In this document: positions 16,018 through 24,853 of the stretch, piece after piece
Position numbering within the stretch: the first letter of the stretch is position 1
How the letters are laid out: the number at the start of each line of letters is the position of its first letter
DNA from: Omnitrophica bacterium GWA2_41_15
Lineage (GTDB): Bacteria > Omnitrophota > Gorgyraeia > Gygaellales > UBA12090
NCBI GenBank assembly: GCA_919902675.1
Contig: CAKKRH010000014.1
Coordinates: forward strand, 21,393-85,392
Direction: 5' to 3'
Length of the DNA: 64,000 nt
Notes under the pieces: generated by a model
The model's input: only the letters and a program-made list of their open reading frames with translations
Told to the model about the DNA's origin: nothing
Databases searched by the model: none
Position numbers and translations under genes: made by a program

Positions 16018-16937
16018 ACAATCTTACCGCAGGCGACAATGATATCCTCAAGCGAAAGTCCGTATTCCTTAATCAGCTCATCCGGCTCGCCGGACTGTCC
16101 ATAGCGGTTCTTTACCCCTACGCGCATAACTTTGACCGGATAATTCTCAGCCACGATTTCATCTACCGCTGACGCCAACCCGCCCGTCACCGTATGCTCT
16201 TCACAAACCACAATGCCTTTGGTTTCCCTCGCCGCTTCTATTATTGCCTGAGAATCAATAGGCTTTACGGTGTGCATATTAATCACCCGGCAGCTGAGGC
16301 CTTTTTCTTTGAGACGGCCCGCGGCCTCAAGGGCGGATTTTACCATTATTCCGCAGGCAATTATAGTCAGATCATTTCCCGGGTTCAACACCTGGGCTTT
16401 GCCGAATTCAAAGGCATATCCCGCGGTTACCGTGGGAACCTTTGGCCGGCCTAATCGCACGTATACCGGGCCAGGAGTATTATAGGCCGCGATTACCGCC
16501 TCACGGGCCTGGGGCCCGTCAGCCGGGACAATAATCTTCATAGTCGGGACTATACGCATCAGGGCGATATCCTCCAAGGCCTGATGCGATGCCCCGTCCG
16601 GACCCACACTCACTCCGGCGTGAGTAGCCACAATCTTAATGTTAAAGTTATTATAGGCGGCGGTATTTCTTACCTGATCCCAGGCCCTTCCGGTGGCGAA
16701 TATGGCAAAGGTTGAAAGAAACACTATTTTTCCGCAAGCGGCCAGACCGGCTGAGGCGGCCACCATATTCTGTTCAGCCACCCCGAAATTAACAAACCTA
16801 TCCTTAAATTCTTTGGCAAAAAGACAGGTGCGGGTTGAGCCGGAAAGGTCAGCATCCAAAACCACAATATTGGAATCTTTCTTACCCAGCTCAATTAAGG
16901 TCTGTCCGTACACATCACGCTGATATAACATCTCCAT
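16014..16937 (-). CDS. transketolase, C-terminal (pyrimidine-binding) subunit
   Basis: 307 aa (RFVNFGVAEQNMV...) with the transketolase Pyr and C-terminal domains. It pairs with the N-terminal subunit at 17114-17935. Confidence 0.9.
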   Translation of the reverse strand: MEMLYQRDVYGQTLIELGKKDSNIVVLDADLSGSTRTCLFAKEFKDRFVNFGVAEQNMVAASAGLAACGKIVFLSTFAIFATGRAWDQVRNTAAYNNFNIKIVATHAGVSVGPDGASHQALEDIALMRIVPTMKIIVPADGPQAREAVIAAYNTPGPVYVRLGRPKVPTVTAGYAFEFGKAQVLNPGNDLTIIACGIMVKSALEAAGRLKEKGLSCRVINMHTVKPIDSQAIIEAARETKGIVVCEEHTVTGGLASAVDEIVAENYPVKVMRVGVKNRYGQSGEPDELIKEYGLSLEDIIVACGKIV

Positions 16938-16955
16938 AGTATTAATTATAACAGT

Positions 16956-17113
16956 TTAATGTCGAATTCCCTAATGACCAATAACTAATGAATAACAAAT
17001 TCTTTAATGAGTCAATGTCCAAAATGATTATTTTTATATGTGTAAATTATAGACATTTGGTCATTGAGACATTAGACATTCATTCGTCATTCTGATTTCG
17101 TCATTCGACATTT
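16956..17113. repeat. Repeat family E, copy 1 (taatgtcgaatt...gatttcgtcattcgacatttt)
   Basis: Long imperfect hairpin of AATGNC-type words, homologous to 41527-41660. It fills the spacer between the two transketolase subunits and overlaps the upstream stop codon. Confidence 0.7.
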
Positions 17114-17935
17114 TTATTCAAGTTCTTTTAGTGCCTTTTCCGCCTCTTCCTTGGTAGGGGCGCGGCCGTGAAAATCCAGGACATTTTCCATAAAAGAAAC
17201 CCCCTTACCTTTTATGGTGCGGGCAATGATAATGGAAGGCTTTCCTTTTATTGTCTTGGCTTCCTCGTAAGCGCTGAGTATCTCTTTAATATTATGCCCG
17301 CTTATCTCTATAGTATGCCAGCCGAAAGAACGCCACTTATCGGCCAAAGGCTCTAAATTCATAATCTCTTTAGTGCATCCGTCAATCTGAAAGCCGTTAT
17401 GATCAATCATCGCGCAGAGATTGTCACACTTATAGTGGGCGAGCGCCATAGCCGCTTCCCAGACATTACCCTCCTGGGTCTCACCGTCTCCCATCAAGCA
17501 ATACACCCTGTAAGATTTCTTGTCCATTTTAGCGGCCAGACTCATTCCCAGGGCCACGGATAAGCCCTGGCCCAAAGAACCGCTGGCCACCTCTACTCCG
17601 GGAACCTTACGGTCCGGATGCCCCTGAAGTATTGAACCCAGTTTACGCAAGGTCCAAAGATGTTCCGGAGGAAAATATCCTGATTCCGCCAGCACCGCGT
17701 AAAGCGCCGGACAGCAGTGGCCCTTAGAAAGATGAAACCTGTCCCGATCCGGCCACTGAGGATCCTTAGGATTATGACGCAAAACTTTAAAATAAAGGCA
17801 GGTCAATAAGTCCGTGGAAGAAAGGCTTCCTCCGGGATGGCCCGAACCGGCCTTAACCAGCATTTTAATAATCAGCCGGCGCGTTTCCTTGGCCTTATCC
17901 TCTAAAAGCTGTATTTCTTTCTCCGTAGAGCCCAA
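17114..17935 (-). CDS. transketolase, N-terminal (ThDP-binding) subunit
   Basis: 273 aa with GSGHPGGSLS and the GDG...E.N ThDP motif (CLMGDGETQEGNVWEA). Confidence 0.9.
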   Translation of the reverse strand: MGSTEKEIQLLEDKAKETRRLIIKMLVKAGSGHPGGSLSSTDLLTCLYFKVLRHNPKDPQWPDRDRFHLSKGHCCPALYAVLAESGYFPPEHLWTLRKLGSILQGHPDRKVPGVEVASGSLGQGLSVALGMSLAAKMDKKSYRVYCLMGDGETQEGNVWEAAMALAHYKCDNLCAMIDHNGFQIDGCTKEIMNLEPLADKWRSFGWHTIEISGHNIKEILSAYEEAKTIKGKPSIIIARTIKGKGVSFMENVLDFHGRAPTKEEAEKALKELE

Positions 17936-17937
17936 AT

Positions 17938-18948
17938 CTACTCCTTCTTTAATTTTTCTTTTAGCTTATCTTGCGCGGGATTAAGCTCTAAAGACTTTTG
18001 CCAGGAGGCCCGGGCCTTATCCTGAGCTCCCTTTTTAAAATAGGCATCCCCAAGATGTTCGTATATCAGAGGGTCAAAAAGCAAAAGGCCGGCTTTCTCT
18101 AAATGCTCAATCGCCTTATCCAGCTCATTTCTTTTAAAATAAACCCAGCCCAGACTGTCAATATAAGCCCCGTTATCCGGTTCAATCAAAATAGCTTTTT
18201 TGATTAACTCCTCAGCCTCGTTAAGCTGGCGGCCATCCTCAGCATAGAGATAGCCTAAAGAATTCAGGGCGTTAGGGTAATCCGGCTTGAGCCTTAAAAC
18301 CTCTTTAAATTTCTCTACCGCCTCGTCCCTTTTACCGCTCTCCTCTAAAAGAGCCCCCAGCAAAAATAGCGATTCATAATCATTCTTATCAATATCCAGG
18401 ATGAGCTTATACAGGTTAAGCGCCTCCGGGAATTTCTTCTGCTGATAATACAGGCCGGCCAAGGTCTTAAGGATATCAACATTCTTAGGGTCGGCGCTTG
18501 AGGCCTTCTTCAAAACATCCTCGTATTCTTCAACTGCCTTATCCGAAGAATTCTGGATGGTATACAGGAGGGTCAAAAGCAGCCCGGTTTCTATATTCTC
18601 AGGGTCAAGCTTTTTTGCCTCCTGGAGTTCTATGAGCGCGTTAGGGAAATCGTTTTTGCGGATAAGATTCGCGGCGATACGCACACGCGCCGCCGGGATA
18701 TCTTTTTCTAAGGCCAGGGTTTGTTTATATTCGGCAATTGCCTCATCAAATTTATTCTGGTTTTCATAAAATAAGCCCATCATATAATGGGCTTGAGCCT
18801 GGGTCTGGGATTTTTCTTTCAAGCCGCCGAATCCAACGGCACCCTCAGATAAGTTAAGCGCCTTATTCCATACACGGCCTGACAAGGATAAAACGCACGC
18901 TGTTACAGAAAACCAGATTAAAAACCTGACCACCCTATGCCGCGACAT
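17938..18948 (-). CDS. tetratricopeptide-repeat protein with an N-terminal membrane anchor or signal
   Basis: 336 aa with repeated TPR units (AHYMMGLFYENQNKFDEAIAEYKQTLAL...). No specific function is assignable. Confidence 0.75.
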   Translation of the reverse strand: MSRHRVVRFLIWFSVTACVLSLSGRVWNKALNLSEGAVGFGGLKEKSQTQAQAHYMMGLFYENQNKFDEAIAEYKQTLALEKDIPAARVRIAANLIRKNDFPNALIELQEAKKLDPENIETGLLLTLLYTIQNSSDKAVEEYEDVLKKASSADPKNVDILKTLAGLYYQQKKFPEALNLYKLILDIDKNDYESLFLLGALLEESGKRDEAVEKFKEVLRLKPDYPNALNSLGYLYAEDGRQLNEAEELIKKAILIEPDNGAYIDSLGWVYFKRNELDKAIEHLEKAGLLLFDPLIYEHLGDAYFKKGAQDKARASWQKSLELNPAQDKLKEKLKKE

Positions 18949-19113
18949 TAATATTACTCAGGCTTTTTGTAAATCTATTTTTTCTAAAAAAGCCGAGTTT
19001 ATCCCCTTGAGCCAAGCTATAGAAATATACACTTACCGGTAAGCCGGTCCAGCAATGGTTTAGCTTTCCATAATAGCCAAAGCCATAAGTCCTTCAATCT
19101 ATTGCTCGGAAGC

Positions 19114-19141
19114 GTGGAGGCGAACAGCCGTTCGCCTCCAC
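19114..19141 (-). terminator. 12-bp perfect stem-loop downstream of the small basic protein gene
   Basis: gtggaggcgaac-agcc-gttcgcctccac, 13 nt after the stop codon. It has no U-tract, so its role as a terminator is uncertain. Confidence 0.35.
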
Positions 19142-19154
19142 AAAGCACTGCTTT

Positions 19155-19256
19155 TTAACCCCAAGCTCTCTTCTTTAAGTGTCTGAGCTTACGACGCATC
19201 TTTTTTCTTTTATGCGTGCGTATTTTCTGTCTTTTTCTTTTTTTACCGCAAGGCAT
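19155..19256 (-). CDS. 33-aa highly basic protein resembling the AURKAIP1/COX24-like small basic protein family
   Basis: Absent from the ORF track because it is under 60 aa. ATG at 19256 with a GAGG RBS; product MPCGKKRKRQKIRTHKRKKMRRKLRHLKKRAWG; TAA stop at 19155. Confidence 0.55.
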   Translation of the reverse strand: MPCGKKRKRQKIRTHKRKKMRRKLRHLKKRAWG

Positions 19257-19270
19257 TTTTCCTCACTCTG

Positions 19271-19364
19271 TTTGCGAACCGCGAAACTACGCGGAATTTC
19301 ACGCGGAAACACGCGATACAATTTGTGCGTGGTTCTGCGCAGCGTTCAGCGTAGTTCCGCGGTT
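19271..19364. repeat. Repeat family A, copy 3
   Basis: gcgaaccgcgaaactacgcggaatttcacgcggaaacacgcg...tgtgcgtggttctgcgcagcgttcagcgtagttccgcgg. It begins about 3 nt after the hisG stop codon. Confidence 0.75.
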
Positions 19365-19367
19365 TTT

Positions 19368-20246
19368 CTAATATATTAACTTATTTAACGGATACTCGAT
19401 AATCCCCTCGGCTCCAGCTTCCTTAAGCTGGGGAATTATATTACGCACAACCTTTTCTTCAATTATAGTCTCAACCGCCAGCCAGCCTTCTTTAGCTAAG
19501 CCGGATACTGTGGGATTTTTCAGGGCCGGTAAAATACCGGTTACTTTCTTTAGGTTTATCCGCCTCACATTCATCTTCAGGCCAACCTTGCCCTCAGCCT
19601 GGATTGCCCCTTTTAATAAAAGGCAAATCTGCCGCATTTTGGCTTTTTTCCAGGAGTCTTTATAAGAAGCATTGTTAGCGATAAACTGGGTAGTGGAGAA
19701 GATTATCGCGGTAATTTCTCTTAGTTTATGCGCCCGCAGGCTTCTGCCGGTTTCAGTCAGCTCCACAATCGCGTCCACTAAACCGGAGGCTACCTTAACC
19801 TCGGTCGCCCCCCAGCTAAACTCCACATCGGCGTTAACCTTATTTTTCTTTAAAAATTCCTTGGTAGCGTTAACTAATTCCGTGGCAATAATTTTTCCCT
19901 CTAAATCCTTAACGCTCTTTATATTTGAGCTCTCCGGCACAGCCAGCACCCAGCGCACCGGATTCAGGCTCTGTTTGGCGTATACCAGCTCTTCTACCCG
20001 CGTCACATCCGAGCCATTTTCTAATATCCAGTCATTTCCGGTAACCCCGCAGTCCAGCGCTCCATCCTCAACATAGCGGGACATCTCCTGTGCCCGCAAG
20101 AGAACCGGCTCAATCTCCGGGTCATCAATAGAAGGCAGATAAGACCTTTCCCCCACATGCACATTAAAACCCGCCTTCTTAAACATACTGAAGGTGGCCT
20201 CCTGCAGGCTTCCTTTAGGCAAACCGAGTTTTAATATTTTTTTCAT
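19368..20246 (-). CDS. hisG: ATP phosphoribosyltransferase (long form)
   Basis: 292 aa ([12 protein letters not shown]...) with the C-terminal regulatory domain present. Confidence 0.9.
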   Translation of the reverse strand: MKKILKLGLPKGSLQEATFSMFKKAGFNVHVGERSYLPSIDDPEIEPVLLRAQEMSRYVEDGALDCGVTGNDWILENGSDVTRVEELVYAKQSLNPVRWVLAVPESSNIKSVKDLEGKIIATELVNATKEFLKKNKVNADVEFSWGATEVKVASGLVDAIVELTETGRSLRAHKLREITAIIFSTTQFIANNASYKDSWKKAKMRQICLLLKGAIQAEGKVGLKMNVRRINLKKVTGILPALKNPTVSGLAKEGWLAVETIIEEKVVRNIIPQLKEAGAEGIIEYPLNKLIY

Positions 20247-20341
20247 TTCTATTATTGAAATCCTTTCTTGCCATCAGCTTAATATAAAATCTTAACAATT
20301 ATACAACCCATAAATCAAAATGTAAAGCAAAAAGAATATTG

Positions 20342-20369
20342 TTGCTTTTGGCGCTTTAAAAGGTATAAT
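20342..20369 (+). promoter_or_regulatory. putative sigma70-type promoter (TTGCTT-N16-TATAAT), 8 nt upstream of the ATG at 20378
   Basis: Read directly as ttgctt ttggcgctttaaaagg tataat tataaatt ATG. No Shine-Dalgarno sequence. Confidence 0.4.
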
Positions 20370-20377
20370 TATAAATT

Positions 20378-21865
20378 ATGTTAAAAATATTGCGTCAAAA
20401 AAAGCGGGCTCAGAAAATAATCCTCTCAGGAATGGTCGTGGTAATGGTCTTCGCCTTTGTGCTTTGGGGAGCCGGGGCCTGGAAGCAGAGTTCTAAAGAA
20501 TCCAACTATTCCGGAGTGATCTTTGGCCGCCGGGTTTCTAACCCGGAATTTAGAAAAATACGGCTTTCCTGCCTGAATGACCTCAAGTTCAGGTTCGGAG
20601 AAAATTATAATGTCCTCCTGCAGTTTGTTGACCTGAATAACCAGGCCTGGATAAAACTGATTCTGCTGGAGTATGCCAAAAAACAAAAAATTACCGCCTC
20701 CAACCAGGAGGTAATTGATGAAATTGCCTCTAATCCTTTGTTTTCCAAAGACGGTAAATTCAATCAGGATACCTACGGCAGAATAATCCGCTATTTTCTG
20801 GGCAGCCAGCCCCGCGAATTCGAGGAGCAAACCCGCAATAACCTTATTATCCGCAAACTCTATGTCCAGGCCACCAAGGATGCCGCCCTGACCGACACGG
20901 AAGTCTTGGAGGCTTACAAAAAAGACAATGAGACCTTAAGCGTCCATTATATCCAAACTGACTCTAAAAACTTTCTTTCTGATATAAAAACAAGCGAAGA
21001 CGAGCTTAAAGACTATTATCAGAAAAACTCAAGTCAGTTCAAACGCCCTCCCACGGTAAAAATCGAATATATAGGAATAGACTACCCCCCGGACTCCAAA
21101 GAAGCCCAGATGATAGGCGTATCCGAGCAGATGAACAATATCCATTCTAAAATCAAGAAATCAAGCGAGTTAAAAAGCCTTGCCGGGGATAATGTTATCC
21201 ATAAGGAAAGCGGCTTCTTTGCCTCAGATGAGCCCTTAGAGGGCATTGAGTCTGAAGAATTCTATAAGTATGCTTTTAGCCTGGGCGCCGGTCAAGTCAG
21301 CCCGGTAATCAAAACCTTAAAAGGCGTATATATCCTTAAGGTGATCCGAAAGAAGGACCCTTATATCCCGGAATTAACCGAGACAAGGCCTAAGGCAGAG
21401 GAGGCGCTGAAATTAATCAAGGCTAAAGAAGAAGCCAGGAAGAAAGCCGAAGATTACAGAAATAAGATTGACGGTTATCTCAAGAACGATCAGGCGATAA
21501 ATTTAAAAAAGGCCGCTGAGCTTTTAGGAGTAGAATTAAAAACCACTCCCGCTTTTAAACGCGGCCAGGCAATTCCGGACGCGGACATAGACCTAAGTGT
21601 CTTAAATTCCGCCTTTGAGCTTAAGCCGGGTGAAATAAGCCCGATTTTAGAAGGCGCGAAAAGTATTTTTATTGTCGAGCCGGATAAATTCACCGGAATT
21701 GACCAGGAAAAATTCAAGCAAGATAAAGCGGCCTTCTCCGAAAATCTTTTGGAAAAGAAAAAACAGGATGCCTTTAACTCCCTCCAGAGCCAGCTCATTG
21801 GCCAGGCCAATCTCAAGCAATACATCTCCTCATCATCCGCCTTTCCAGATATAGCTGACCAATAA
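20378..21865 (+). CDS. PpiD/SurA-family periplasmic chaperone, parvulin-type peptidyl-prolyl isomerase
   Basis: 495 aa with an N-terminal anchor (KIILSGMVVVMVFAFVLWG), a SurA-N-like region and a parvulin-like segment (VSPVIKTLKGVYILKV). It is the only plus-strand gene in the window. Confidence 0.7.
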   Translation: MLKILRQKKRAQKIILSGMVVVMVFAFVLWGAGAWKQSSKESNYSGVIFGRRVSNPEFRKIRLSCLNDLKFRFGENYNVLLQFVDLNNQAWIKLILLEYAKKQKITASNQEVIDEIASNPLFSKDGKFNQDTYGRIIRYFLGSQPREFEEQTRNNLIIRKLYVQATKDAALTDTEVLEAYKKDNETLSVHYIQTDSKNFLSDIKTSEDELKDYYQKNSSQFKRPPTVKIEYIGIDYPPDSKEAQMIGVSEQMNNIHSKIKKSSELKSLAGDNVIHKESGFFASDEPLEGIESEEFYKYAFSLGAGQVSPVIKTLKGVYILKVIRKKDPYIPELTETRPKAEEALKLIKAKEEARKKAEDYRNKIDGYLKNDQAINLKKAAELLGVELKTTPAFKRGQAIPDADIDLSVLNSAFELKPGEISPILEGAKSIFIVEPDKFTGIDQEKFKQDKAAFSENLLEKKKQDAFNSLQSQLIGQANLKQYISSSSAFPDIADQ

Positions 21866-21867
21866 AA

Positions 21868-21898
21868 ATGGCGGCCCGGTTTTGCCGGAGGCCGCCAT
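21868..21898 (+). terminator. stem-loop after the ppiD-like gene
   Basis: atggcggcc-cggttttgccgga-ggccgccat begins immediately after the stop codon. The U-tract is weak. Confidence 0.4.
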
Positions 21899-21901
21899 TA
21901 T

Positions 21902-22059
21902 CCCGGATTTTGCAATAGGAATGCGGCACCGAGACGCCAAAGAAGGATGCAGATTTGGCAGAAAAAAGTGCGCGCATACTTTTAGTATGTAAGCGCTTTT
22001 TTCTGACGAAGATGCGCCCTTATTTGGCGGCGAATGCCATTACTATTGCAAATTCCGGG
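21902..22059. mobile_element. MITE family B, copy 2 (158 bp)
   Basis: TIRs cccggattttgcaatagg / ctattgcaaattccggg, with a direct 5-bp duplication ATTAT at 21897-21901 and 22060-22064. The interior forms a long imperfect hairpin. Confidence 0.75.
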
Positions 22060-22106
22060 ATTATATACTTTTTATGTATGTCTAACGCTTGAATTCAGGG
22101 TTTAAT

Positions 22107-22322
22107 TTATGCTGATACCGGGGTCAGACTAAATACACGCGCGATCTTCGTTGCCCTCTGCAGGGAGCCTTCTCGCAAAGCTTCCCTTACCTCATCTATC
22201 TTTTGGGCATCTTCAAGAGAAAGATACGGCGACCAGCCATCTCCGGTATCAAGAATCTCCACATCAATTTCCGCGACATATTTGCCCTCGTGCACGAGTT
22301 TTGTATGCTGCCTCTTTGTCAT
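22107..22322 (-). CDS. 71-aa hypothetical protein
   Basis: The ATG at 22322 is preceded by a GGAGG RBS (MTKRQHTKLVHEGKYVAEIDVEILDTGDGWSPYLSLEDAQKIDEVREAL...). I recognise no domain. Confidence 0.5.
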   Translation of the reverse strand: MTKRQHTKLVHEGKYVAEIDVEILDTGDGWSPYLSLEDAQKIDEVREALREGSLQRATKIARVFSLTPVSA

Positions 22323-22371
22323 ATTCGCCTCCTGGTAAAATTGTCTGTCCACATATTTACATCCGGCCTAT

Positions 22372-22442
22372 AAAAAAAGGGGTCAGAGTCATTTTTGAAT
22401 TGTTGTTGTCTCACAAGCAAAAATGACTCTGACCCCTTTTTT
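22372..22442. terminator. ~25-bp perfect inverted repeat flanked by A- and T-tracts (bidirectional terminator-like)
   Basis: aaaaaaaggggtcagagtcatttttg ...loop... caaaaatgactctgacccctttttt. It lies between the 776-aa gene and the 71-aa ORF. Confidence 0.6.
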
Positions 22443-22522
22443 GAATGTTCTGCTCACAACTAAATTATATCACCACAGAGATAAAATATCTATAGATAAG
22501 ATTAAGAAATCTGGAAATCCGC

Positions 22523-24853
22523 TTAACTCATGCCCGCCTTTTGGCTATTAGGCAAGAGGACGAATTTAGCGGTGTCCACAATCACCAGCGACTCTCTAAG
22601 TTCCGGGCTAGTTTCCAGATTCTCTTCCTCTGCCAAGCGGTAGATCTCAGCCAGACAGACTAACAAATCATCCTGTTTTTCCTCAATCTTACCCTTCTGG
22701 AAGCAGGCGGCCAGATATTCCTTAACCCTCTCTCCCGAAGGCACCATCCCGGCCTTGACCATATCGCGCAAGGCCTCTAACTCCTCATCCAAGTCAAGCC
22801 TCTCCAGCGCGCTGATAGTTAAGGTAGGCAGGCCAAAGCGCAAATCCTTAAAGCTCCCCATCGGCTGGACCAGATAATTCATAGCTCGAAAATCAATACC
22901 GCCGACATTTTTAAGAGCAGGTTTAGAAATTGTCTCCATTGAGGAAGAAGCCATAATCTCTGCTATCTTTTTATCAACCATTTCCTGCAGGCTCTCATTT
23001 CCTTTAGGATTCTGAATAACGTAGCCTATAATTTCTCCTACCTCTTGTATGGCAGGGTTACGGTCAATCTTTTCCCGGAATCTTTCCACAATAGATTTTA
23101 CATATTTCTCACTCGCAGCACCCGTTTGCCCTACGATTCTCTTTACTACAGCCTCCGCATCAATTTCTAGCTTTTCCCAATCTTCCTGAAGCTGTTTTAA
23201 CTCGGAAATGCTACCCCTTAATGTTAATAATCTTGGTCCTGATCGCACCGCGTATCCTTCCGGCAGAATATTTACCAATAATTCCTTACCATAAAAGCCT
23301 CTTCTCTCAGAAAGCATCTCTACAATTTCCTTTATTTCTTCCCCCTTTTCTATTTTTATTCTTGTGCCGTCTCGGTAAAAAGTCTTTAAATAAGATAACA
23401 TTCTACCAATATCTTGAAAGCCGCTTTCCGCAATTTCAATCTCCCCCCTGTTCTTTTGCTCGCTTAATTTCTCAATATTAAGCATTTTTTCAATATCCTT
23501 CACTATAACCCACAATCTTCTTTCAAGCTTTCGCATTTCTTCTATCTGCTTAAGAGAAAGAGAATCCATATCTTTCCGCCTTGCCTCCATCGGCGAAGAG
23601 CCTTTTTCTCCATTAGCCGTACCTGGCTCAAGCACAATTATTTTAACTCCTATATTGTTTCCGTATGTTGTAAAATAAAGTTTTTCAGTCTGTTCGTTTG
23701 GTTTAAGTTTATAACCTTGGACACTAACAACATCAAGGTGTCCTTTATCTTTACTAACATCATGGTATGTATTCTCGGTCATCACTGGACTGCTTATGGC
23801 CATCCCCCCGCTGACATAGCTCCTGATTGCCTGACCAGTAGGGGTGACTACCTGCTCTTTAAGGTTATATTCGCCTTGTTCAAAGGATTTCTTGTATTCA
23901 TTAAAGTAGTAGGTTTTATCCCAGGCCTCTTTAGAAGTAAGGTTAGTGAGATTATGGGAATCTATGAGTTTAACATAGGAGTTGCTATTCTGTGGACTAT
24001 GGACTGTGGACTGTGGACTGAATGTTTCTTTGAACCAGCGGGCCATTACCAGAGAAAAAAAGACCTGGCGAAGGGCGGCGTAGCGCTTGGAGATGTTTAC
24101 CTTTTTGGTCAGCTTAGGGATAATCAGCTCCCGGATAAGCCGGGTGGAGTATTCGTTGAGCTCCTTCATCCTGGGATCTTTGAAATTATATTGCTGAGAG
24201 TTGATAGCTGACGGCTGAGAGCTTAAGTAATCATGTTCTAACATCACCTTCATATTGGCCTTAAAGATATAGGCCGAGTCTTCTCCTTGCCTTAAGATTA
24301 TCTCTCCCGGGACTATCCAAGGCCGGGTGATGGTGGGAATGGTGATGTTTTCACTGCCGAATAGCTCTCCGGCCTTCTTATAAAGCTTGTCCCAGTATTG
24401 CTTACCTTCCGGGGTCTGGGGCGAGGTCAGGCCGGCGGTGTCCTTCTTTAACTGCAGGTCGGCCTCAAGCATAACCTTACCCATATCGGTTTTCTCAAGC
24501 TCCGGGTCTATCATCTGGTCCGGGGCGTCCGGCCTTAGGTTGACCCAGAACTTCTCATTAGGCAGGGCCAGGCCAATCTGGAAATACTCCATCAGCACCT
24601 TGGTCTTTTCCTCTAATTCAGCTTCTTTAATATCCTTATTGTCTCCCTTATCTAAGAGTAACTGAAAATCATCCTTCTCTATATCGTATGAGAAATAGCG
24701 CATATGTAAGGGGCGGAACCTGTCCGCTGCCAGGCTGCTGCCTACGGTATGCAGGTAGGTTCCTATGTTAAGCTGGGCTACTCCCTGGGCAAAGATGGGC
24801 TGACCTGTAATCAGGGTCCAAGACAAAAGAATAGAGATTATCTTCTTTAGCAT
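22523..24853 (-). CDS. 776-aa secreted protein of unknown function
   Basis: Signal peptide MLKKIISILLSWTLITGQPIFAQG and a GGAGG RBS. The middle is Lys/Glu-rich and coiled-coil-like, and the C-terminal region contains VGGIDFRAMNYLVQP. I cannot name a domain. Confidence 0.7.
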   Translation of the reverse strand: MLKKIISILLSWTLITGQPIFAQGVAQLNIGTYLHTVGSSLAADRFRPLHMRYFSYDIEKDDFQLLLDKGDNKDIKEAELEEKTKVLMEYFQIGLALPNEKFWVNLRPDAPDQMIDPELEKTDMGKVMLEADLQLKKDTAGLTSPQTPEGKQYWDKLYKKAGELFGSENITIPTITRPWIVPGEIILRQGEDSAYIFKANMKVMLEHDYLSSQPSAINSQQYNFKDPRMKELNEYSTRLIRELIIPKLTKKVNISKRYAALRQVFFSLVMARWFKETFSPQSTVHSPQNSNSYVKLIDSHNLTNLTSKEAWDKTYYFNEYKKSFEQGEYNLKEQVVTPTGQAIRSYVSGGMAISSPVMTENTYHDVSKDKGHLDVVSVQGYKLKPNEQTEKLYFTTYGNNIGVKIIVLEPGTANGEKGSSPMEARRKDMDSLSLKQIEEMRKLERRLWVIVKDIEKMLNIEKLSEQKNRGEIEIAESGFQDIGRMLSYLKTFYRDGTRIKIEKGEEIKEIVEMLSERRGFYGKELLVNILPEGYAVRSGPRLLTLRGSISELKQLQEDWEKLEIDAEAVVKRIVGQTGAASEKYVKSIVERFREKIDRNPAIQEVGEIIGYVIQNPKGNESLQEMVDKKIAEIMASSSMETISKPALKNVGGIDFRAMNYLVQPMGSFKDLRFGLPTLTISALERLDLDEELEALRDMVKAGMVPSGERVKEYLAACFQKGKIEEKQDDLLVCLAEIYRLAEEENLETSPELRESLVIVDTAKFVLLPNSQKAGMS
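23993..24020. repeat. heptanucleotide tandem repeat (tggactR x4) inside the 776-aa CDS
   Basis: Read directly as tggacta tggactg tggactg tggactg. The unit length is not a multiple of 3. Confidence 0.8.

Noticed and set aside
16014-17935. A split transketolase interpreted as a disrupted pseudogene.
   Set aside because: Two-subunit transketolases (an N-terminal ThDP subunit and a C-terminal Pyr subunit) are a well-known natural arrangement. Both ORFs here are intact with their own start and stop codons. Only the long repeat-filled spacer is unusual.
22151-22426. A 91-aa plus-strand ORF spanning the 71-aa minus-strand gene and the big hairpin.
   Set aside because: It has no RBS, reads into the hairpin arm, and lies antisense to an ORF that has a strong GGAGG-ATG start.
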